Part shown: piece after piece, positions 25,229-39,000 of the stretch | Numbering within the stretch: position 1 is the stretch's first letter | Layout of the letters: every line of letters begins with the position of its first letter | Source: Gonapodya sp. JEL0774 | Taxonomy: Eukaryota | Assembly: GCA_027604505.1 (NCBI GenBank) | Contig: JADIIX010000005.1 | Span: 248,001-312,000, forward strand | Direction: 5' to 3' | Length of the DNA stretch: 64,000 nt | Notes under the pieces: generated by a model | The model's input: only the letters and a program-made list of their open reading frames with translations | What the model was told of the DNA's origin: nothing | Database searches by the model: none | Translations under genes and position numbers: made by a program

Positions 25229-26125
25229 ATGATCGAGGTCATCTGCAATGACCGACTGGTATGTCTCTGATGATTAATCGCAGAGAGAAGCCGCATGTCT
25301 GGAGCTTGCTTGCCCCTCTACCACTCGCCCCTCCCAAAATTTGCACAACTCTCTCGCGAACAACGGCACTCCGCAACACAAAATCCCGACTTTAGGGGAA
25401 AAAGGTCCGGGTAAAATGCAACCCTGGTAAGTGGCTCTTCGCGACAGCCTCCAAGTGAAGGCTGCATTGCTACTCCTGTAGTGAACACCAACTCACTAGT
25501 GAGATTCTCACAGACGACACGGTCGGTGACCTTAAAAAGCTAATAGCGGCGCAGGTTCGTGTTTTTTATTGGAACAAATCTGAGACTTGACTGTCAACTG
25601 TGTCTAACACTGACTATATTCTTTCATCGCTTGTCACCAATTCACATCCTCTATCGGCCGTTGCTGCCCCAAAATGCATCTAAATTGTCTTTCTATGAAT
25701 GAATCATTCCCATGGATGGCCGACCTCGACACTGCGCACCTTCTCGCGAAATCACTTCATCACCGGTGCGTATTGTGATGACTGCTAACCCCGCCTCCCT
25801 CCCTCATCCTCACTGCAACTACCCTCTATCATCCACATTCTTGTGGCTGTGCCCATTCATTGGACTACGTGGTTCCAGACCGGCACAAAACCAGAAAAGA
25901 TCGTTTTGAAGAAATGGTACAATGTATACAAGGTGTGTCCTGTTTCGCGGTGCGCGAAATGAGCATTTTCTTACGTTTTAGGTTTAGGATCACATCACAC
26001 TTGCTGACTATGAAATTCATGATGGTGCGTGATTTTGAAACGGGTTGTGCTACTATGCAGAGCTCATCAATGGTCACTGTCCTCTTGTTTTTGCAGGAAT
26101 GAATCTGGAGCTTTACTATCGATAA
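25229..26125 (+). CDS. HUB1: Ubiquitin-like protein Hub1/UBL5 (6 small exons)
   Basis: Not in the ORF track. Spliced: MIEVICNDRL|GKKVRVKCNP|DDTVGDLKKLIAAQ|TGTKPEKIVLKKWYNVYK|DHITLADYEIHDG|MNLELYYR*. Confidence 0.96.
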
Positions 26126-26271
26126 GACTTCGAAGCGTTTGACTCGCTATTATGTAAATAGAGATCGGGAGAGTGTCGAAGAATAAACATTTGCTTTGGT
26201 CGGGTTGACACCACATACATGGATGGAGAGTTGCCTTCCTCAAGTTTGATTCAACACCGTGTCACGCAAAT

Positions 26272-28490
26272 ATGGCAAGTACATTGGGGGACTGGGACAG
26301 ATCTGTCTGTTTCTAGTACTCTCGTTGCCTCTCGGAATGCAAGCTCCTGTCCTAAGCGCAAGAAATTAGGCTGACGCTTATCTTTATCCTGGCCAAACCA
26401 TCTCAGTCACTCGCTCCGGTTCAGATTTTTCAGGTACGTTTTCCTATCTTCTCAATATTTCATAGCTTGCTGGTATGAGAATGAGTGCTAACACTTCTAT
26501 TCATACCAGGATCAAGCAACGGAAGAACGGGCAGAGAACGCCCGCCTTGTGGGTGTCTCCATCCCACCATCTAGAGATTGCGAAACTGACTCAATTAAAT
26601 GCTTCTTAACAGTCGTCATTCGTTGGCGCAATTGCTGTTGGAGACCTCGTTAAAACGACACTTGGACCGAAGGGAATGGTGGGAGCATATGTGAATATAT
26701 TCCTTGGAATCCCTTTCAATTCAATCTTTTCGGTTGGCTACTTCGTCTCAGGACAAGATTTTACAGTCCAGCACGGGGGATATTGTTGTGACGAATGATG
26801 GTGCGACAATTCTGAAATCCATCGCGTTGGACAACCCAGCGGCCAAGGTCTTGGTAAACATTTCCAAAGTACAAGATGACGAAGTTGGAGATGGGACTAC
26901 TTCTGTCTGCGTTCTGGCGTCGGAGCTTTTGAAAGAGGCAGAGAAACTTGTCAACGCCAAGATTCACCCACAGACGATAATTGAAGGATACAGGCTTGCT
27001 TCGGATGCAGCGAGGAAGGCACTTGAGAGAAGTGCTGTGGACAATAGGTAAGTTGTGGCCGGGTTCTCAAAAGCGTTTGTACCTTCAACGATTCCCATCA
27101 CAGCACAAATGCAGAGCAGTTCCGGCGGGATTTGGTCAATATCGCCAACACAACTCTATCATCGAAAGTTCTTTCTGCAGACAAGGAGCACTTCTCCGAG
27201 CTGGCTGTTAGCGCTGTTCTGCGGCTAAAGGGGTCCACGAATCTCGAGCACATTCAAATTATTAAGAAAGCAGGTGGACGTTTGTCTGACTCCTACCTAG
27301 ATGAAGGGTTCATTTTAGACAAGAGAATCGGAGTAAATCAACCCAAGCGAATGGAGAATGCTCGGATTCTTATTGCCAATACCCGTGAGTAACTGCGTCG
27401 GGATGATTGTGGTGTCCCGTAATTAAAGTCCCCATTGTCACAGCTATGGACACTGATAAGATCAAGATTTTCGGTGCTCGCGTTAAAGTTGACGCGACTG
27501 GCAAGCTTGCAGAGCTCGAACGTGCCGAACGGGTGGGTTGCCGGTACCAAATGTTCCTGTAACCACCTCCTCACTTGATTCATTTTTAGGACAAAATGAA
27601 AGCCAAGGTTGAAAAGATTAAAGCGCACGGTATCAATTGCTTTGTAAACCGGCAACTTATCTACAACTGGCCTGAACAATTATTTGCCGACGGAGGTGTT
27701 ATGGCAATTGAGCACGCCGACTTTGAAGGCGTGGAAAGACTGGCACTTGTAACTGGTGGTGAGATTGCCTCCACGTTTGACCACCCAGACTTGGTCAAAC
27801 TTGGGCGATGCGAACTTATCGAGGAGATTATGATTGGCGAGGACAAGCTAATCAAGTTCTCGGGATGCGCAGCCGGCGAAGCATGTACTATTGTTCTCAG
27901 AGGTGCCACCGGCCAAATGCTTGATGAGGCAGAGAGGTCTCTCCACGATGCACTCTCTGTGCTCACGCAAACGGTGAAGGAAACTCGCACTGTGCTTGGA
28001 GGTGGATGCGCAGAGACCCTCATGGCCAAGGCCGTCGATGAGCTCGCTGCCACTACCCCAGGGAAACAGGCAATGGCTGTGGAGGCATTTGCGCGTGCCC
28101 TTCGGATGGTGAGGAATCGTTTTACCGGATTAGAAGGAGGAGCACTAAGCGCGAACTGCACCAAGCAGATTCCCACCATTCTTGCCGACAACGGCGGCTA
28201 CGATAGCTCTGACCTCGTTTCGCGGCTCCGAGCAGCACATTACGAAGGGAAATCCACCTACGGGCTCGGTGAGTTGATATAGTTAATATCGTAAGTTGAA
28301 GTGACTGAATGTCAGATCTGCTTCACCAGACATGTATCATGGAACAATCGCAGATATGCGGAGCTTAGGGGTCACAGAATCCTTCAAACTCAAGAAGCAG
28401 GTTCTAATGTCTGCTTCGGAAGCGGCTGAGCTAATTTTACGAGTGGATGACATCATCAGGGCTGCTCCAAGAAAGCGTGAAGCAATGTAG
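26272..28490 (+). CDS. CCT2: T-complex protein 1 subunit beta (CCT2)
   Basis: [107 protein letters not shown], ending [18 protein letters not shown]. Confidence 0.97.
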
Positions 28491-28557
28491 AAGCGATGTA
28501 AAATAATTTGACTGACAACCAGAAGAAACATATATTTGCACGAAACTGTCACAATAG

Positions 28558-29766
28558 CTACAGAAGGGAGTCCATTTTGGTGAAAACGTTCTGCTTGGTG
28601 GAATGGGAGCGACTAATTAGATTGAGGGGACTATATCGTCCGGTTCAAACACTTACCAATACTCCCGCCATCACCTCCGTAACACCAGCAGCTTTGCTCT
28701 TTTCCGTCCATTGCGAGTGTTCCTGCAGCATTTCATCCACTTTTGCGAACGCTGCTTCGCGCTGAGTATGGCTCAGGTTGATGAGAGCATTTTCTACTAC
28801 ATTAGCGGCGTACGCCGAGCACACCATCCCAATCGTCCGTCGGTCAGGGTTCGCTATGCGTCCAAGGAGTGTGTCAACTACGCGCCGAAGGAGAGCCTCC
28901 TTCGTGGCAGAGTCGGTGAGCGGGTGAGTGGCCATGTCGAATACTACGAAGTTTCGCTTCTCGGTTCGCAAAACTCCCTTGTCAACGAGACCTTTGGCAA
29001 TACGCTCCCGGACCTGTTTCAGTTGGTAGCCAATCTTCATGAGGTTCCAAGTCTCCCCTTTCGGAATACCGTAATTCATGTCGATGATTTGGAAAAGTAT
29101 GAAGAGAGCATTCTCCGTACGAGATAAAACATGGTCTGGGAGTTCAAGCTTACCACTCAGCAAGTCAATCCAGCTCCCAACGCTTTGAGATTCCAATTTA
29201 ATGTATTTCAACGCTTCGTCAAGGAGCACTTCCCCGGTCGGTGTTTCGTTAACAACCTCAACAAGGCGCTCCGAAAGAGGCCTGCGTCTGGACTCCTTGG
29301 TAATAGAAATACGATTGCGGAGTGATAATTCTATGAGGATGGCGCCGCGGAGAACATATGAGATATTGTCGTTCCAGAACGAGAGGTAACCCTGAAAACC
29401 GTGAGAAATACCAGTTATACACATCTCAAGAAGTGTTTTGTTCGTGTAATGGGTTTGAATGATTATTACCTGTTCGTCTTTGATGCCCAGCAGCAGGATT
29501 TCTTCCAAGATGGTAAGCCTCGAGCCTCTATCCTCTCCTCCATCTTTCTTAGCGTCATCGTCAAGCTCGTCTCCAAAGCGCTCTTTTGGATCCACAGCAA
29601 TGACTCTCCCATCCGCTGTCTTCTTGGTGACTGGGGGATCGTTGCGACTACTCAAGTTGCTGGATCCATCCGTCGTCTTCACGTCGCCATTATCAGCTCC
29701 CCAATCCCAATCCTCGTCATCTCTGGAATCGTTCCCGGGCCGTCGCCGCTGGGTCAGTCCCGACAT
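28558..29766 (-). CDS. VPS74: Golgi phosphoprotein 3 / Vps74
   Basis: MSGLTQRRR, RLTILEEILLLGIKDEQ|GYLSFWNDNISYVLRGAILIELSLR, WIDLLS|GETWNLMKIGYQLKQVRERIAKGLVDKGVLRTEKRNF, last exon NVFTKMDSLL*. Confidence 0.95.
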
Positions 29767-29862
29767 TTCGGTGGAATGCAAGTGGCGATCATACGGCACC
29801 ATATACCAAATTTTACGTTCCTCGCCGCGGCCAGCTCTGAACCCAAATCTCCAAACCCCCAA

Positions 29863-31081
29863 ATGCCACCCGAGAGTGAGGCATTCGCTCTGATTCAAGA
29901 AGCAGAGAAGAAAGCTGCTCACAAGAGCTGGTTTGGGGGCAATAAGTTGGATGAAGCTGCAGAGCTCTTTTCACGAGCTGCCAACAAGTTTCAGCTACTC
30001 AAGAATTGTGGGTGTTGAATCCCTCATTGTCCCTGGTAGAATTGTCGGATTGCGTCAACGCTGTGTTCTCATGATAGCCCCAACTTAATCCTAGGGAAAG
30101 ATGCTGGAGACGCCTTTATTCGCGCTTCCGAGATTCAGCTGCGCATGCAGGAGCCGGACGAAGCAGCTGGATCATTCGTTAATGCTTCGAAAGCGTATAA
30201 GAAAGTTAATCCCCATGGTGTGGTGGCATCTTTTCATCCATTCTTCTTGCCTCGATGACTCAACCTTCGGTTGGTGTTCTCTGGTGACAGATTCTGTTCA
30301 TGCACTAGAACAGGCTGTCGCGATATACACGGATCGCGGCAGATTTCATATTGCTGCTCAGCATCAAAAAACTATCGCTGAAATTTACGAGAATGATATC
30401 CAGGACTATCAAAAGACCCTGGCTGCTTACCAGACGGCCGCGGACTGGTATCAGAGCGAGGAATCCAATGCGTGAGCAGCGCACCTATCTTGTGTTATCC
30501 TGAAAACGATTCATTTTGATTGAACTGACTTGCCTAGCCTCGCGAATAACTGTCTCCTCAAAGTTGGCACGTACGCAGCGCAGCTGGAGCAGTATGATTT
30601 GGCTGTCGAGAAGTTTGAGTATGTCGCCGCTGCCTCCGTAGACAACAACCTCACCAAGTGGTCGGTTCGAGAACATTTGTTGAAGGCAGGACTTTGCCAT
30701 TTAGCTTCGGGCGTGAGCTTCTTTTGTGAAGGAGCCCCGAACCAATTGTCATTCTTCTGACATCTTTCGAAAATGACAGGACATTGTGGCAACGAAGCGG
30801 GCGGTTGAGAATTACCAAACCATGGATGTCACCTTCGCGTCAACTCGGGAGTTCACCTTCCTTAAGGTGTGTTATGCTGCTCGATCAGCATCAGACCGTG
30901 AATGATCTTACCGTACATTTGTGGATCGCAGGACCTCATTGATGCCGTGGAAGCTGGAGATGAACAACTCTTCACGGACACAGTGTTTGAGTTCGACCGA
31001 ATGACAAAGCTTGACGCTTGGAAGACCACTCTTTTGCTGCGAGCTAAGAAATCTCTGGGTGAGCCAGAGTCGATTACATAA
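29863..31081 (+). CDS. SEC17: Alpha-SNAP / Sec17
   Basis: MPPESEAFALIQEAEKKA..WFGGNKLDEAAELFSRAANKF, GRFHIAAQHQKTIAEIYE, LANNCLLKV, LTKWSVREHLLKAGLCHLA, FDRMTKLDAWKTTLLLRAKK. Confidence 0.95.
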
Positions 31082-31276
31082 GTCTAGAGTGGATGGGGGT
31101 AGAATCACGAATGAATGGCCAGCACGAAGTGTCATGAGGAGGAATGCACATCAAATATCATTGATTGAATTATCTGACAATAAATAATAAGTCCATCTTC
31201 TGTAGGTGCTGCGGTTCTTCATTCCACTACTAACTGGTGGAAACTGTTTGAGAGGAAGAGACAGTAGTCCCAATCG

Positions 31277-34200
31277 ATGGAGAAATCAACTCCACGCGGT
31301 CGACCTGGGCGCCCGCCAAAGCGCTCCAAAGAGTCCAAGAAACGGAAGCGTTCTCCTGGAAAGAAGAGATCCGAGCGAGGCGACGTCCGGAGTTCCACCA
31401 TTCATGACAAGCCCCGCGAGGAGGAGAGCTATACCACCTATTTTCCAGACCTAGACGTCTCTTTACGCCTCAAAGTACTCCGAATCAATGCTCCATTGGA
31501 CCTTCCTATCATCACGCAGCCTTCAAATGGGTCCGGGCCTACCGACTCTGATTCTAAGCAGGACACAAATGTGAAGCCCCTGGCAGTGGCGTCGGATGAT
31601 CGCAAGGATGTCTTAATGACAGAGAAGACGGTAGAGCATGGTCACCGCCCGCAACGGAGCTGGCATGCTGATCGTACCGGAGAGCGATTGAACGCCACTA
31701 TGCAGAGCAAAGCGGATAAGCCGGGTAGAGAAATTGAATACGTGGATATGGACTTTCATATCTTGAGTGATGGTCTTGCTTCTTCGAATCTCCACTATGA
31801 TGACGTTTCTCCCCCCGGAGTAAATGGACTATACGAGGTTTCAATCCCCACTTCACATGGAGAAAACATGGTCGCAGAGAGAAGTCACAGTAACCAGAAT
31901 GGCCAAATATGTTCCACTGAGCGTTTGAGGAGTCCAGTACCTTTACAGGTGACCGCTCATGAGCCCTTGTGGACAAGTGATGGCGTAGAGGCAACCGAGG
32001 CTGAAGCCAACATAACCGCCGCAGATGATGAACTTGCACAAGAAACTGAATCTACGAGCCAGCGCTCGCAGACACCAAAGGATGAGCTCGTGCACGGCGG
32101 TTGCCCCACCAGTGCATTGAGCCTTGCTTCTTTAGATTCGGATGAAGATATTTTGATCCCGGGGGCTCGAAGACGCCAGCAAAAGATCAAACAAAGGCGA
32201 TTGGAACCTAGAAAAGAGTCTTTGGATGATGAATTTTCGACAGCAGACGAGTCTGAAGACTTCACTGAAACAGCGGTCAAAACGAGCGAGCTGTTCCGGA
32301 AGCTCGTGGTGCAGAAGACGAGGGTTATGCCAGCTGAAGCACCTGCATTAAAAGATAGTACGACAATCGAGGTCACTGAAGAAGCTGTTTCTTCCCGACT
32401 CTCAGAAGAATCCAGCGATAATTTGAAAGAGGTTGATCATAAAATCATTGTGGGATACGATCTTCCACCACTCCTAGATGACGTCACCCTTGCCCGACTC
32501 AAGAAACTGCCGCGCCCAAGCTTTCGGAAGTGTTCCTTCGAACCTCATGCACTGGGGGACGAACACACCGAAGACCGGCACTTCGACCGTTTCTCCGAGG
32601 CGTATATTCGTTATGTTGGTGAGTTATTTTTGATGACTGCTGGCTAAGCGCAGCTGACTCACATTATTATCGCAGAACCGACTGAGGCCGAACTCTATGA
32701 TCGAATCGAATATGACCTAGATGAACAAGGTGAGCCCATCTTGAGCATTTTATTTTGTAGGCGTTAATGTGATGTGTCACATCCTTCTAGACAAGGCTTG
32801 GCTCACAATCGTGAACAACGAACGTCGCACGCTGGGAGAACCCGAAGTGCCCGAATCTGTGCTTGAATTTGTTATCGATCAATACGAAAAAGAATGGTTT
32901 GATCTTACCCGAGACCTTCCTAAACGCGATCAAGGGTTATTTCCAGATGATATGGTTTGCGCAATATGCGATGATGGCGAGGCAGAAAACGCCAACGCAA
33001 TAGTGTTCTGCGATGGCTGCAATTTAGGGGTTCATCAAGGTTCGCATCTGTGATTTCTGGAGGTCCGGTTTTCGACAAGTCTAATCCTTTCGGTAGATTG
33101 TTACGGCGTACCCTTTATCCCCGAAGGACAATGGCTTTGTCGCAAGTGCATGCTGAGTCCGGAGAAGGCTGTCGTGAGTTTGAGATGCTGGGCTTATCAA
33201 CGGCCGCGACTTTGCCGACAGTATTTTTGCAGGCCTGCATTTTTTGCCCAAATGATGGAGGCGCTTTCAAGCAGACAAATACCAATCGATGGGGTCATCT
33301 TCTTTGTGCCATGTGGATTCCTGAAGTTGGCATTGCGAACCCTGTAACAATGGAGCCCATTGACAACATTGAGCAAATTCCGAAAAGTCGCTGGAAATTG
33401 GTGATTAATCTTCCCATTTGACACAAGAATTCTTTGCAATTTACTCGCATTTCTCAATAGAATTGCTACATCTGCAAGCAGAAGGACGGTTGCTGCATCC
33501 AATGTGCCCATCGCAACTGCTACCTGGCCTTCCACGTTACCTGCGCTAGGAGGGCGAAGCTATTTATGAAGATGAAGGCGCGAGATGGCGAAGAAAATGA
33601 TAAAATGCTGAAATCGTATTGCGACAAGCATGCACCGGTTTGTAAGGTCACCTATGGGGCAATGGGCTTCTCCTAACCATCCCTCTTCTGATGCAGGATG
33701 AATGGCAGGTTCAACACGACATGGAGCGTAAAATTGAAGCCATTCGCAGCGAGCAAGCTGGGCGGAAGCGAAAGCGGGACGAGCGCGAATGGGTTACTGA
33801 TGATCCGAGGACTGCTACCACTCACACAGACGATATTGATGAGACAGGAGATCTTCGAGTTGCGGATCGTAGGAAGAAGGCAAATTCGTCTTCCAGACCA
33901 AATTCGAGCATTCTGAGGAAGATCAACCCCGAAAACGAGCCTGTCCGTTGGAATGAAGCGGGAAGCGGACCCTGTATCATCCCCCAGTATATCCTGACCA
34001 AAGTTTTCAATGGAATGCAAAACCACCAAATTCGACGAAAGCAGCAATTTCTCATGTCGGCGGCCAAGTACTGGGCACTGAAACGGGAAGCTCGCCGCGG
34101 CGCACCATTGTTGAAGCGACTGCATTTGGAGGTAAGCTCAGTTTATCCACCTTCCATTCACCTTCCATATAAAGTCGCCGCATTCATGTGCGCCGTTTTA

Positions 34201-35939
34201 ATTCGTTCTGCAGCCTTGGACTACAAGTACCCCGATTTCAAAAGATGAAGGTGACGATTCTCTTCGCCGGGTCGAAGTGATTATAAATTTTTATTACCAT
34301 GAATGAAGGAGACGTTATTGAGCTCTATTCACGGTCGTTAGGTTCTTTGGCAATTGCGACAGGATTTGGAGAAAGTTCGGATGCTGGTGGAACTGGTTCG
34401 CAAGCGTGAAAGGGCAAAATTGAAGATTTCTCAAATACAAGCCGAGTATTTGGAGCAAATAATGTTTCCTCTCACAAGTCTCATGAGCGCATGCCATACG
34501 GATATTCTCAAGTGTGTATCCTGATTGTTTATTTTGCTGTTCCCCACCTGAGTTGCTGTGACTGATCCTCGTTTGAATGTTAACAGGCTCGACAAGCAAG
34601 AGTATTTCTCCCATCCCGTATCTGTGTTCGACGTTCCAGACTACCTTGACGTTATTTCCCAACCGATGGATCTCGGGACCATCGCCGAAAAGCTACGAAA
34701 GAGGGAATATCTGACGATCGAGGAGTATGAAGTATGTTCATGTACTGCGGTTTTTGATTTTGGGAAAGCGGCTTCTTATGTTCCCAAAATTTGTTCCAAT
34801 CCAAGGCCGACCTGCAATTGGTGTGGGACAATGCGATTACGTACAACGCCCGTGGTACACCCTGGTTTCGTGCTGCTGAGAAGATTCGAAACAGCAGCAA
34901 ACACCTAATAGCAAACTTGCGATTAATAGTTGCGAATCTCGGCCTGGACCCAAATTTGGGCGGGGCATTGAGTGTTGAACCGGTGCATGGGCTTTTCGAG
35001 TTCGAGTACACGCAGGAGGAAGATCTGGAACTTTCTCTGATGGTCCCACCCACTGCGCAACCTTCTACTGAACTACAGGATCCTTCCGAGGGAGGAACCG
35101 GGGCTCAAGTCGAGGAGATTGATCATGGGCAAGCACTTAGTAATCATGGTTCGACAACAGTGCCTACGATGTCAATGTCGAGAGGGACTGAGAAAAGAGG
35201 GTTTGGTACTCACGAAGGAAGATCTGAATCGCCGCCTGCAAAGCGACGAAAATTATTGGTTGATAATGGCTCAGTTACCGGGCCTTCTGCGTCTAATCTT
35301 CGACGTCGATCGAGAAAGGCAATGGTACCTGATAATCCGCTGAACACGCTTACTCCCAAATCGCTCGACGCCATTCTTTCTGTGAATGAGCGACAGAGCG
35401 AAGAACGTCACTCGGTTAAGTCGGTTCACCTGACACGTCGTCAAGATGACAAGCATGGTAAGAAGGAGCAGAAGAAGCTCACTGCGAAGCATCACAGAAC
35501 GCTGGAGCATCCGGTATCGATTCCGACGACTTTGGCCGTCTCCTCAACAAACTTTGATCGTGAGTAATTTGGAGAGCGTGCTCGATTGTTTATCTACACA
35601 CATAAACCCTTTTCCTGCCATATTTGCGCGTCAGCTGCTGCCCCGGCTTCTCTCGTCGATGGAAACACAACTTCAAAGCCTTTTTTCCAGTATTCATCTC
35701 CCCCCAGCCGAAAGGCAGCCAACAATGCCCTTTCTAAGTTGAATTCTGCTTTCTCAACCTCGAAAGTGAAATCGTCACCCCCCAAAGAAAGAGGCAACCA
35801 CCATCAGGATTATTCCGCTACGAAGGGATCCAAGGGAAAGCGCACCGCATTCGGTCAGCCTATTCCTTCGTTCACAGCCTTGGACTTTGATGCCAACCCA
35901 CAACTACTTCAGATTCTGATTCAGAAACGCCGAAGATGA
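31277..35939 (+). CDS. NTO1: NuA3/MOZ HAT scaffold Nto1/BRPF-like protein (EPL1 + PHD-Zn knuckle-PHD + bromodomain)
   Basis: [104 protein letters not shown], and bromodomain [25 protein letters not shown]. Confidence 0.93.
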
Positions 35940-36013
35940 GGTATGATCTGAGTTGAATGGCTTCAAGAATGATATTCTGACTAAACACGCAATACAAGAC
36001 ATTCTGGTTCTAT

Positions 36014-39000
36014 TCACACCCCGTCCGCAATTTTCTTGATGCCCAGTTTTGCCTGCTTCCGCGCTTCGCGCCGTTCAGCGACGCGCTAGCAGTCGTATAT
36101 CAAATTTGTGTAGCATTTTGTATATAAGGCGCCTGAATAAACATTTCATCGCAAAACTGACTCACCAGGCGCTGCTGCTCTCGATCAGACAGTTCGGGGT
36201 TTTTGAAAGGGGTTGAATTCGCAGGAATGCTCCAGGAATTATTGGCGTCCCAATTGTCCCAGTCAGTGCCATCGTTTAACGCTTTTGGGCTGGAATGAGA
36301 GTTAATCGAGGCGGAGTGATTCTTGGGCGGCGTTGTAAAGACCGACGCAGCTGCCGGTGAAGCGCGAAATGGCAAAACCAATGGGGTCGAGGAACGGGTG
36401 CTCTCACGGAGAGGCGCTTGTCGACTCTCCTGAGGCGGTTCTTCTTGCCCCCATGAAAGATCTTCCAGGTCCCAACCGCCCCCATTAGCGTTCCGCGCGT
36501 CGCCGTTTGTTACAAAAGTTTCTTGGGAGACAACCTCGCTTGCCAGCCGAGGCGGTTGTACAGAAGGGACTGAGTTAGGTGCGGCGTTCGGTGGATTTGC
36601 AAGTGACTCTGTTGATGGAGTGACACTCTGATCAAGAACTGCAGTTGTCAACTTCTTGGAGACTCCTAGCACTGCCGCTCCTAGACTTGCTGTCCAACTC
36701 GAGTCAGTTTGAGTCTCGGCGGTTGGAGTCTGCGATGCGCCTGTGACTGGAGGGGTTGGAGGAACTGTGGTTTGGGGCTGAGACAGTGGAAGAGTTGACA
36801 GTAACTGCTAGATTGATTCTGCTTTTGGGGTCCACAAACAACTTTACCATTTCCGTAGCATAGCGTTCCACTTTCTCCAAGAGCGTTTCCACGGCCCGAA
36901 AAGCACTGTCCCTGACTTGCTTATCAGGGTCAACAAGAAGCGGGCAAACTGCAGGAAGAGCCCTGAGAGCTATCTCCGCCGGGTTGTGATAGTCGGACGT
37001 CGCTGTGGAGGAAAGGTCAAACTGTGCTTCTATATCCAACTGGAAAAATAAACCCGAAGACTCACCGGCCATTGCCAAGAGACCAGCTATTCTGGCAGGG
37101 GGAAACGGATCCCTTAAACTTCGTAAGAATGCGGGAACGAGAATACGTTTTCGCGTCTTCGAAAATAGCCGTCAATTGCTGGAAGCTATTGGACTTTCGG
37201 TTCCCATAAGCAAGAAAACCAACCGAATCTGTCAAATTCTTGCTTATCTTTCCAAGAAGAATGGTCGTATTGGTTCTGATGCCCGCTTCTTCGTCCGATT
37301 GGAGTTTTGCAAGGTACCGCAAGAGGTCGTTGTTGATGGTTCTTTCATTGAGCTGATAGCACGTGAAGGAAGACTGTCCATCAGCTCTGATTAATGGTAT
37401 AAATTTAAATCCCCTTACTTTTGGAATGAGAAGAAGCATGCTTTTCAAAGTGTGTTCTCGCATGAATGGCTGGTAGATGACCGTATTCGATCTGGCATTT
37501 GTGCGGAACAGAGATTCTCGCATTCTCTACGAACTCACGTTTGTGTCGCTAAAGCCCATGGCCTTCCATTATTACATTAGCAATGAAATGATGTCAGACC
37601 TGGAAGGCCAGTTCTCTGTGGATGTAAACTATACTCACGATCTGCGGAAATACCTTTTCATTCAAAAGCTTCGAGTTCCTTTCGTCAAAAGCATCAATGT
37701 ACAGCGGGAGATTGTCCAAGAGCGCAATCCTCGTTTGGCGGTCTGCCGACGAAAACAGCCTGGCGGATTCTCAGAAGGATTCCCCCCCTTTTATATCCCG
37801 TGCGTGAAGCACTTACTTTACGATGCTGCTCAAAACTGTCCGATCAAACTCCTCTTTGTTCAATGACTGCCCAAATTTGAGTACCAGTCCAAGTACGTTC
37901 GGTCCTCCTGATGGGTAGCCGATGATGATCAGCAATCAAGGTTTGCTGAGTGGACTTCAGACTTCACCTCCGCCGTACTCCAGTGCGTTGCGCAGCTCCG
38001 GTAGGATCTTATAGCGACAAAAATCCTCGGGGAAATCAGAGGCGACATCACTGAGGCGAGTGACGAATGCGTCTCGTTCGGATTGGTCCTTCAAGGTGAT
38101 TGTTTCAAGGAAGTTTGCAGCTTTTATGAGCTCATTGTCAAAGAAGGCGCCAGGGGCACTCCCAGCGTTCAGAAAGTCGTCGAATGTGGATCGAGAAACG
38201 GGATCTGGATTGACGAGCGAGCGAACGCAAGCGAACAGGTTCTGGCATGGGTTTGGGGATACAAGATACGTCTTAGTCGCAACAGACAGAGAGCGAGCGG
38301 GCGCAAGCTCCAATTCACCGTCGGGATATTTCCCCGGTTTCGCCCCACAATGTCGGGGGACGATATGGGTCCATTAAACAACTCGTGGATGAGAGTACCG
38401 AAGGCATATGCGTCGACAGAATTAGGGGTATTTCTATTGCGGGTAAGGGCAAGAAGCTCCAGTGCAACTCGCGACTTATAGAAGAGAATCAAAAATGGGT
38501 AATCTCACACTTTTGCCGAACCACGTCGGACTTCGGGTGGGAGATACTTTGTCGTTCCATACAGGCGTTCCAAACTCGCAAAGAGTGTCGCATTGTCATC
38601 TTTGGAAGACGACGCGACCTCCAAGCCACCAAGTCTGAGAATACGAGAACTACATCGGAAAAGGGAACCGAGTGGGATACAACCTCGACTTACTGACTTC
38701 CATTCCCCAGCTTTTGTCACATATATGGAGTCTATTCGCACATTGCCGTGCACTATAGAGCCGTCCTGATTTAGGAATTTCAAGAGATGCTAGAGGAGAG
38801 CGACATATGCAGTGCCATCAGACTGCACAAAGTAAAAGCGGAAGAGGAGATGAGCTCACAGCTAACTTGTACAGTCCCCACATGACAGCGTTTTGTGCAT
38901 CCTTTTCTCCAATTCTGCTAGAAATGCTCTCTCGCAGCACCTGAGATAGCGGGATGACGTGCTCCGTAATTATTTCCACCGAGGTTGGGGTCTAGAGAAC

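Noticed and set aside
34514..34586. GTATCC inside an NTO1 intron as a U12-type donor
   Set aside because: The reading frame requires the upstream GTGTGT donor, and no TCCTTAAC branch site is present.
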